From Naegleria gruberi (lineage: Eukaryota): DNA of 64,000 nucleotides. The DNA lies in NCBI GenBank assembly GCA_000004985.1, contig GG738849.1; one strand, 5' to 3'. The notes below the pieces were generated by a model. That model worked only from the letters and a program-made list of their open reading frames with translations. It had not been told where the DNA came from and did no database searches. Below, piece after piece: positions 57,060 to 64,000 of this stretch. The position numbers were made by a program, and so were the translations under genes. Position 1 is the first letter of the stretch. Every line of letters begins with the position of its first letter.

Positions 57060-57307
57060 ACTATGAAATAATCATTCAGGTTGAAAGGTTAAACGATGTT
57101 TTGTTTTACCCGATTGGTTTGTCGATTGAAAGATTGTTACAACCTATATCATTGAAGTAACCTTCTTAGTTGTTATGGAAATGATCCGTTCTTGAAATAT
57201 CCTTTTTGTTGTTGAGATGGTTTTTTAACAGTCCAGAATGTTACAGTTTAGATTTTACATAATTTAAATTTACAGTTAATATTGTAAAAGATTTAGCATA
57301 GTCTTAG

Positions 57308-59062
57308 TTAAATTTTTTCTCGTTGTTCTTCAATAACATCATCTCCGTGCAGATCCTGAATGGAACCATTATTGTAGGCCAGTAATTCAATTTCATCTGA
57401 TTCATTGTGAGGATGATGTTCATTATATTCATCGAATTCATGCCTCATTTTAGATTCTTCCTCTTTCTTGGCATGATATTCCTGTATCTTTTTAGATTCT
57501 TCCTCATTCATCTTTTCGAGAACTTCCTTTCTGATTAAAAACTTTTGGAAATACTTTTTATCCAACTTGACCAACCAGTGATCTTGTTTGTCCAATATGG
57601 TTGGTGGAGCAATTTCTGGTTTCTTAATTTTCATCACCTTCAATAGTGGGAATGTTCCACCACCCAATACCAAGATGGTGAAGAAAACAGTGGCCAATGT
57701 AGTGGTAAATATATACTCTCCATTTCCACCATGACTCTTTAATTGCATTGATAATGCAAAGGCAATAGCTCCACGCAGACCAGCAAACCACATGACGAAT
57801 TGGAATTTGAAACTAATCTTTCCAGTTCTGTACATATTCAATATGCCACTAAGTGGTACAATATTCAAAAATCTTCCCAACAAACACAATAAAATAGTGA
57901 AACAAATTAATGGAATATGCCACTTGTTGTTATCAAAAGCAAATAAGGCAAATCCAACGTAGAGGAATGTAAATGTTTCACAAATCATTGCCAAAGAGTT
58001 TGATGTTGATAGAAGAGCATTGGATGATTGCTCTGATAGATTTGGAACCGAATAGTGTGACATTAAAACACCAGAAATCAATATTGTCATAATGCCAGAT
58101 AAGTATGGCAATGAAACCAGGTAAGAAAAGTAGGCAAGCACAAAGAAAATTGACATTTCCAACTTTGGAGAGTGTCTAAGAGCTCCATATTTGAAAATCA
58201 ATGCTGCAATCACACCAAATATAATTGCAACAAGAACAGAACCAATTGAAACATAACAAAATTGAGCAGCTCCTTTCAGAGTTACAATCAACAAGTCATC
58301 TTTGGTTGCATCTTTAAATTTCTCAAAGGTTTCGTACAGTACAATAGCAACAGCATCATTGACAATACTTTCACCAAAAACCAAATAGTGCAGAGTTGTT
58401 GGAACACCCAAAGCACAGAAAATGGCCAATGTCGCCACAGGATCCACAGCAGAAATGAGAGAACCAAACATCATACATTCAATCAAGGTCAATTGTAAAC
58501 TCAATCCATAATATCCCAAAATATATAATCCACATCCAACTACGACTGAGCTGATAAATGTTCCAAATACTGCATACAATATAATACCTCCAATATTACC
58601 AAAGAATCCACTCTTGTCCATAGTAAATCCAGCATCGAAAATAATGGCAGGTAAGAGGAGTGAGAAGAAAATTCCCGGATCGAGTTGTGTAAATACCTGA
58701 TGATGAATCCATGTCGAAGGAATGGCATACTTGGCAATAACACCAACAATCACACCAATACACAATACACCAATACTTTCCGGAAACCAGGCTATATGAA
58801 AACGATGTAAAAAGTACATGACCACCATCGAAAGAATCAAACAACTCCACAACATGATTAATTGAACACCAGACTCTTTCAAGTTTTCTACACAGAGAGG
58901 ATTTTGTGGTAGATCCGATTTGTCATCCGATGATGTCAACAACATGTTTTGTAGTGTTGGTTGATTTGTGTTGGTTTGCTGTTCACAAATCACACAACCT
59001 GCAACCAGTATTAGCACAATAAGTACCAACCAAATGAATAATTGACTACCTCTCCATACCAT
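57308..59062 (-). CDS. Na+/H+ exchanger (CPA1 / SLC9 NHE family)
   Basis: True ATG at 59062 and a signal-like N-terminus. It has 10-12 hydrophobic helices including the NHE signature region LLPAIIFDAGFTMDKSGFFGNIGGIILYAVFGTFIS. The roughly 130-aa hydrophilic C-terminal tail is rich in E/K/H. Single exon, 584 aa. Confidence 0.9.
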   Translation of the reverse strand: MVWRGSQLFIWLVLIVLILVAGCVICEQQTNTNQPTLQNMLLTSSDDKSDLPQNPLCVENLKESGVQLIMLWSCLILSMVVMYFLHRFHIAWFPESIGVLCIGVIVGVIAKYAIPSTWIHHQVFTQLDPGIFFSLLLPAIIFDAGFTMDKSGFFGNIGGIILYAVFGTFISSVVVGCGLYILGYYGLSLQLTLIECMMFGSLISAVDPVATLAIFCALGVPTTLHYLVFGESIVNDAVAIVLYETFEKFKDATKDDLLIVTLKGAAQFCYVSIGSVLVAIIFGVIAALIFKYGALRHSPKLEMSIFFVLAYFSYLVSLPYLSGIMTILISGVLMSHYSVPNLSEQSSNALLSTSNSLAMICETFTFLYVGFALFAFDNNKWHIPLICFTILLCLLGRFLNIVPLSGILNMYRTGKISFKFQFVMWFAGLRGAIAFALSMQLKSHGGNGEYIFTTTLATVFFTILVLGGGTFPLLKVMKIKKPEIAPPTILDKQDHWLVKLDKKYFQKFLIRKEVLEKMNEEESKKIQEYHAKKEEESKMRHEFDEYNEHHPHNESDEIELLAYNNGSIQDLHGDDVIEEQREKI

Positions 59063-59227
59063 GATAATATCTTGATATTTTTTTATTGATTCTTAGAAAT
59101 GGATTGTGCTGTCTGTTTTGATTCAATGTTGAATCCATTTCTATTGCCAAAAGTTGATACCGAATTGGTCAACCTATTTACAGAAGAGTGAAAAGACTGG
59201 TGATACGATAATTGTAATTAAGAAGGA

Positions 59228-62029
59228 TTAAATAACAATATCCTTTGCTTTTGGTTTCTTGATGTGTCTCATATTTGCAGAGTTTGTTGAATAAATAACT
59301 GGTGGCATGAAGTAAGGTTTAGGAATACCCAATTCATCATCAGGAATGTAAGCATTTGGCCTCTTAATGGCAGTCGTTCTTGTGATAGTTGAAGGAAGTG
59401 ACGATTCAAATTCAAGTCTCTTCTTTCTATCTGCCATTTGCTCCTTCCATCTTTGTTTGACTTCTTCCTCGTGTGCCCATTCTCTTTCAATTTCCTCTGT
59501 TGGTGGTTCTCCTCGACTCATTCTGTCACGAGCCTCATCTACCATGGATTTTATCTGCTTATTCTCAGCTTCTAATCTCATAGTTTCTGTTCCATAAATT
59601 GACAGCTCTGAAACAGTTGATTTCATCTTGTTTGTAGTTTGCTCGATTTTCTTTTGAATAAAGTTAAGATTGACAGACAAGTCAAATGATTCATCTCTTC
59701 CTTTCATTGCCAATTTTCTTAACTTATCAGATGATTTAGTGATTCCCTTCAGAACAAGATTCTTTTCCATGAGTTGTTCTCTTCTCTGATTGAGTTTTTC
59801 TTCCAAATCTTGAATCTTGTCTTGTAACTCTTCTTCGTTGACAGAGTCTGTTCCAGGCAGCTTCCTCCACCTCTCTAAATTTTCTGGCCTTTCTAATTCT
59901 TCAGATAATTTTTGACCTTGTGTATTAAGTTTTTCAATATCAACCTTCAAATCCTCTTCCACTTTGAGCAATGATTCATACTCTGGAAGATTTTTGAATA
60001 ACACTTCCAACTTTCTCTTTTCCTCTTCCAAATCCAACTTTAGGCCTTTAATTTCCTCATCTCTCTTTCTCATTTCAATTTCACCTTCTTTGATAATTTT
60101 TTCTTGGGCATTTGCTTTTTCATAGAGAATACACAATTCATCGTTTCTGTCGATCAATTGAATACCAGTATAGTTTCTGTCTTGCACACCTCCTTCATAT
60201 TTCTTTTTCAATAGGGCCATTATTTCTTCAGCCAAGTTAATATCAGCATTTAGCTTGTCAATTTCCATGATGAGCTCAAGATTTTGTTCCTCCTTTTGCT
60301 TGGATGCCAATCTCTTTTTACTGAATTCACTAAGCATGCTAGCTTTTGTGGTGACTTCATCTTCAACTTTTCTTTTAACTTGTTTGAGTTCTTCCGATTT
60401 TTGTTGGTTTTGTTTTGTTAAAACCTCAAGTTCATTCTCCAAAATTTTGTTCTTTTCTCTAATTTCAGCATGTGATTGAGCACTGTCTTGAATTGCTTTA
60501 GCGTACTTGTTTCGTTCTCTTTCCATCAATGAGTATGATTGTTGCAAAGCAATGTACTTGTTTTCAATTTCTGTCAAGTTCTTATACAGCTCACCATTTG
60601 AAAAGTGGCAAATTTTGATTTCACCCACAGCTTCCATAAAGTCTCTTTTCTTTTTGGCGGCTTCTCTAGCCTTTCTCTCTCTTGCTGCTTCAAGATTGGA
60701 TATGACCTTATTCATTTCCCCTTCTTGGTCATCAACAACTGCAATTTTGTTTTCTAATTCATCTGTTTCCAGGTTTCTTGTTTTTAATTTTTGAGCCAAG
60801 AACATGTATTCTGCTTCCCCTGTCAGAAGTTCATGAATTAATAAGTCTACATCTCTCTCGATTTCAATTTTCTTCTCCTTGGTAGTTTCCAATTCTGATT
60901 GCAACATTTGCTTTTCTGAAGAAAGTTCCTCCACCATTTTTGTAAGCTTATCAATTGCAGATTTGGTATGTTCAAGTTGGAGTTGAGCATTATATGCATC
61001 TCGACTGTACATGTTTTCTTCGTTTTCTAAACTTTGTTTGTGTTTGATTTCTGTATTTTCCTCTTCAGCAGTAGTTTTTAAAAGTAAGTTCAATCTCACT
61101 CTTTCCAACATTTCCTCCTTTCCGTGGTCTTTCTCGAGTAAAAGTGTTTGCCTCATTCTGTCTATATCCTCTTGAAGTTTAGATGCTCCAATTTTGGCAC
61201 TATCCTCAAGCATGAACATATTATAGTGAATTTGTTCAAAATCTATCTTTTTGGTTTCTATTTCATTAATTTCTCTATCAAGAAGATCAAGTCGGTCAAC
61301 AAGAGACCTCACTTCATCATATGAAGCCTTGCTAGCTTTTCTAACAATTTCGGTCTGTCTCCTTTCTCTTTCTGGTTCTTCCTTTAATCTTTGAAGTGTT
61401 TTTTCCAAATCTCTTCCCTGAGTTTTTAGAGTGTTATCCAAATCATATTTTGAAGCAGCAATATCCTGTTCGAGTTTTATCTTTTTTTCTTCCTCCTTCT
61501 TTTTTCGTTCTTCAATTTCCTTAATTCCTTGTTTCAGCTGTTTGATATTATTTTTACAATTTTCAACAATAGGTCTCTCCTTGGCATTTTGTTGTTCAAT
61601 TAGCTCTCTTTTTTGGTCGTCAAGAATTGCAATTTTTCTTTCGAGTTCAATGACAGATGTCTGTGTGACTGCCTCCGATTCGTTCATAAGAGCAGTTTGA
61701 TTTTCTGCCTTCATTAAATCTTTTTTAAGATCTGCAATGTATTGAGTATTCTCTAGTTTGAGTTTTTCCAATTCTTTAATCTTTCTTTTTTCTTCTAAAA
61801 ACTCCTTGTTGAGTTGTTTACCTTGTTCTGTGATACCTGCTTCCTTTTCCATAGTTTTCAAAAGATAAGACTCCAATTCCAAACCCTTCTTTTTAAAATG
61901 TTTATAATCTTTAGGATCTATTCCTGCTATTCTATCCAGTTCGTTTACTACCCAGTTAGCATCCGAACTGAAAGTTTCCAGAACTGAAGAGCTTGCTGTT
62001 GAATCCGTCACGCCTTCAAAACCTTCCAT
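59228..62029 (-). CDS. Long coiled-coil protein (about 933 aa), possibly ciliary/flagellar (CFAP58/CCDC147-like, low confidence)
   Basis: ORF 59228..62059 begins at GTG; the first ATG is 62029 (MEGFEGVTDSTASS...). It is almost entirely heptad-like, E/K/L/Q-rich sequence. It contains ERPENLERWRKLPGTDSVNEEELQDKIQDLEEKLNQRREQLMEKNLVLKGI; I recall an ERWRxLxG motif from ciliary coiled-coil proteins, but that family link is from memory. Single exon. Confidence 0.7.
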   Translation of the reverse strand: MEGFEGVTDSTASSSVLETFSSDANWVVNELDRIAGIDPKDYKHFKKKGLELESYLLKTMEKEAGITEQGKQLNKEFLEEKRKIKELEKLKLENTQYIADLKKDLMKAENQTALMNESEAVTQTSVIELERKIAILDDQKRELIEQQNAKERPIVENCKNNIKQLKQGIKEIEERKKKEEEKKIKLEQDIAASKYDLDNTLKTQGRDLEKTLQRLKEEPERERRQTEIVRKASKASYDEVRSLVDRLDLLDREINEIETKKIDFEQIHYNMFMLEDSAKIGASKLQEDIDRMRQTLLLEKDHGKEEMLERVRLNLLLKTTAEEENTEIKHKQSLENEENMYSRDAYNAQLQLEHTKSAIDKLTKMVEELSSEKQMLQSELETTKEKKIEIERDVDLLIHELLTGEAEYMFLAQKLKTRNLETDELENKIAVVDDQEGEMNKVISNLEAARERKAREAAKKKRDFMEAVGEIKICHFSNGELYKNLTEIENKYIALQQSYSLMERERNKYAKAIQDSAQSHAEIREKNKILENELEVLTKQNQQKSEELKQVKRKVEDEVTTKASMLSEFSKKRLASKQKEEQNLELIMEIDKLNADINLAEEIMALLKKKYEGGVQDRNYTGIQLIDRNDELCILYEKANAQEKIIKEGEIEMRKRDEEIKGLKLDLEEEKRKLEVLFKNLPEYESLLKVEEDLKVDIEKLNTQGQKLSEELERPENLERWRKLPGTDSVNEEELQDKIQDLEEKLNQRREQLMEKNLVLKGITKSSDKLRKLAMKGRDESFDLSVNLNFIQKKIEQTTNKMKSTVSELSIYGTETMRLEAENKQIKSMVDEARDRMSRGEPPTEEIEREWAHEEEVKQRWKEQMADRKKRLEFESSLPSTITRTTAIKRPNAYIPDDELGIPKPYFMPPVIYSTNSANMRHIKKPKAKDIVI

Positions 62030-62091
62030 TTTTTTATAATGTTGTTTGAGATAAAACACTACAAAAACGGCGGGAAAAAGAAAACAAAACT

Positions 62092-62096
62092 AAAAA
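62092..62096 (-). terminator. RNA polymerase III oligo-T terminator for tRNA-Lys
   Basis: A TTTTT run on the minus strand 8 nt downstream of the tRNA 3' end. Confidence 0.5.
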
Positions 62097-62103
62097 GTTC
62101 AAC

Positions 62104-62176
62104 CGCCCCACGTGGGGCTCGAACCCACGACCGTTGGATTAAAAGTCCAACGCTCTACCGACTGAGCTAGCAGGGC
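62104..62176 (-). tRNA. tRNA-Lys (anticodon UUU), intron-less
   Basis: Minus strand: acceptor GCCCTGC / GTGGGGC (five Watson-Crick plus two G-U pairs), A-box TAGCTCAGTCGGTAGAGC, anticodon arm TTGGA-CTTTTAA-TCCAA (anticodon TTT), variable CGGTC, T-arm GTGGG-TTCGAGC-CCCAC, discriminator G. 73 nt. Closely resembles metazoan tRNA-Lys-UUU. Confidence 0.9.
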
Positions 62177-62386
62177 TGCTCGGATATGTTTATTTTATTT
62201 CCAACATGACAATAAGTAATACCGATTATTTGTCAGGTTATTAAAAGTAAATATTTTCAGATCTTGATTCATAGGTTAATCAAACAGTTTTGATGGTGGT
62301 TTTTTTCTTCCTTGTTTTTATGAGAGGAATGAAAGATAAAAATAACTCTGTATGAAAAATACAATTAAAAAAAATAATACATCATC

Positions 62387-63166
62387 ATGTCCCGTTACGA
62401 TAGAGCCATCACAGTCTTTTCTCCAAATGGTCACCTTTTCCAAGTTGAATATGCTATGGAAGCTGTGAGAAAAGGTAGTACTGCTGTGGGTGTTAGAGGA
62501 ACAGATATTGTTGTTTTGGCTGTAGAAAGAAAAACTGCTGCCAAGTTGCAAGAAACACGTTCCGTAAGAAAAATTGTAAAAATCGATGATCATTGTGCAT
62601 TGGCTTTTGCTGGTTTGACTGCTGATGCTCGTGTTTTGATTAACAAGGCAAGATTGCATGCTCAAAGCTATGCTTTACAATTTGAAGATCAAGTATCTAT
62701 TGACTACATTACACGATATATTGCTCAAGTTCAACAAAAATACACTCAAAGTGGTGGTGTCCGTCCATTTGGTATCAGTACTTTGATCGCTGGTTTTGAA
62801 CCAAACGGAACTCCTACCTTATCACAAACTGATCCTTCAGGTACATTCTCTTCATGGAAAGCTAACACTTGTGGAAGAAACTCAAAAACTGTCAGAGAAT
62901 TCCTTGAAAAGAACTATGATACTGATATTTTAGGAACTGAAAGTACTCAATCTAGTGAAGAAAGAACTGTTAAACTTGCCATCAAGGCTCTTCTTGAAGT
63001 TGTGGAAAGTGGAAGCAAGAACATTGAAGTTGCTGTTTTAAAGTTTAAGGAACCTCTTCGTTTTTTGGGCGATGATGAAGTCGGAAAGTATGTTGAGGAA
63101 ATTGAAGCTCAAAAGAAGCTTGAAGAAGAAACCAAGAAGCAAAAGAAGTCATCCCAACAACAATAA
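62387..63166 (+). CDS. PSMA7: 20S proteasome subunit alpha type-7 (alpha-4)
   Basis: True ATG at 62387. The sequence [38 protein letters not shown]...[23 protein letters not shown]...[12 protein letters not shown]...KNIEVAVL is strongly similar to human PSMA7 along its length ([26 protein letters not shown]...). It has a Lys/Glu-rich C-terminal tail. Single exon. Confidence 0.95.
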   Translation: MSRYDRAITVFSPNGHLFQVEYAMEAVRKGSTAVGVRGTDIVVLAVERKTAAKLQETRSVRKIVKIDDHCALAFAGLTADARVLINKARLHAQSYALQFEDQVSIDYITRYIAQVQQKYTQSGGVRPFGISTLIAGFEPNGTPTLSQTDPSGTFSSWKANTCGRNSKTVREFLEKNYDTDILGTESTQSSEERTVKLAIKALLEVVESGSKNIEVAVLKFKEPLRFLGDDEVGKYVEEIEAQKKLEEETKKQKKSSQQQ

Positions 63167-63352
63167 GTTGTACATAACATGTATTATATCCTCAATTAAA
63201 CAAATTATGAAATTTAAATTATCTCAAGTTACTTTTTTATTTGTTTACATATTTTTTATTTTTGCAAATTTCTTTGTGGAAATAATCTCTGTAAATGTTG
63301 GCATAAGAGCTTAAATTTAAAAACTGGTAGAAATTAAAAAAGTAGACCATTT

Positions 63353-64000
63353 TTATTCATCTGAATCAATCAAAAGATGGGCTTCTCCAATGCCAAGTTC
63401 CTTACTCACAATCTTGAACATTTCCAACAAAACTGCCGAGATGGATTCTTTGTTACTATTGTAGGAAATAAACTCGCACAAAACTGGGAATAATCTCACA
63501 ACCAATCCTTGATATCCATTCAAAGCTAGTGATTGATTTTCAGAAAGTTCAGATAACTTATTAAGCTCAGAGTACAGTAAAGGATTTACCCTGATAGATT
63601 TGAGTTCAATGAGTGTATTGTACAATTCTTGTCTTCTGTGTTTTGGCAGAGGGCAATTACCACTTCTCTTATCATCTTGAATGAATTGATTCAAAATGGA
63701 TTTGCATCGCTTGAATAAAATTGGTAAAACAAATCTTCCCAAATCTACTTCATTACGTTCAGTCTCTGTCAAATCTTCTTCTTTAGAAGAAACATTTTCC
63801 AACTTTTGTGTGGCATTGGAAACAAAGTAGAAGAGTGTTTTGAGAGAATGTTTGGCAACCTTCTTTGGGGCTAAATGTGTTGCCTTCTCCAATATCATGA
63901 GCAATCTCTTTTTAACTGTGGTGGCATCAATGTGTACTAAAACAAATTTAGAAATGAGTTCTGTCAGTAAAATACTTTCATCAGTTTCCTCTTCAGTTTC
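63353..64000 (-). CDS. Hypothetical protein, C-terminal portion (gene 5' end lies beyond the window); helical-repeat-like
   Basis: The minus-strand frame is open from the window edge (ETEEETDESILLTELISKFVLVHIDATTVKKRLLMILEKATHLAPKK...) to the stop at 63353. The ORF-track start at 63904 is TTG, so the 183-aa call is an internal fragment. Periodic leucine-rich helices suggest HEAT/ARM-like repeats; family unknown. Confidence 0.4.
   Translation of the reverse strand, partial: ETEEETDESILLTELISKFVLVHIDATTVKKRLLMILEKATHLAPKKVAKHSLKTLFYFVSNATQKLENVSSKEEDLTETERNEVDLGRFVLPILFKRCKSILNQFIQDDKRSGNCPLPKHRRQELYNTLIELKSIRVNPLLYSELNKLSELSENQSLALNGYQGLVVRLFPVLCEFISYNSNKESISAVLLEMFKIVSKELGIGEAHLLIDSDE

Noticed and set aside
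58262-58850. Three 69-84-aa ORFs inside the NHE gene
   Set aside because: Nested or antisense to a confident transporter CDS.
26513-64000. Search for prokaryotic-style systems (operons, RBS, defence islands, integrases, transposases, reverse transcriptases)
   Set aside because: Everything recognisable is eukaryotic nuclear (spliceosomal introns, Pol III tRNA genes with oligo-T terminators, proteasome, DDB1, ribosomal stalk). No ORF resembles a transposase, integrase or RT, and no long terminal or inverted repeats were seen.

Overview
The window is a 26,512-nt run of N (assembly gap) followed by about 37.5 kb of AT-rich, gene-dense eukaryotic nuclear DNA. There are no prokaryotic elements, no CRISPR array and no recognisable transposon. 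The supplied six-frame ORFs behave like a bacterial-style ORF call: many begin at GTG or TTG rather than ATG (checked base by base at ten ORFs), and several adjacent same-strand ORFs are exons of one spliced gene. By hand I recovered 9 short introns of 44-101 nt, mostly with GTAAGT donors and YAG acceptors. All three stop codons are used, so the code is standard. Gene density is about one gene per 1.7 kb and most genes have no introns. Confident gene calls: a sugar-1,4-lactone oxidase (GULO/ALO family), a SMYD-type SET/MYND methyltransferase, a CLC chloride channel or transporter, a histidine acid phosphatase, a cytochrome b5/b5-reductase fusion, a DTW-domain tRNA acp-transferase, a DEAD-box helicase, ribosomal stalk protein P1, DDB1, a START-domain lipid-transfer protein, an APH-type kinase, a Na+/H+ exchanger and proteasome subunit alpha-7. 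Less certain: a 7TM receptor-like protein, a long coiled-coil protein (ciliary assignment speculative), a BTB-like protein and several orphan proteins. Three intron-less tRNA genes lie on the minus strand (Arg-UCG, Val-AAC, Lys-UUU), each followed by an oligo-T RNA polymerase III terminator. The most unusual item is a Cys/Gly-repeat plus divergent PARP-like protein that has no in-frame ATG and no room for an upstream exon. Other items: a CLC lacking both gating and proton glutamates, an apparent +1 frameshift in DDB1 exon 1, a tRNA-Arg with three G-U pairs in its acceptor stem, and a BTB protein with a polyproline plus acidic DDDDW tail. Nothing here looks like a defence island or mobile element; the novelty is in individual eukaryotic genes.
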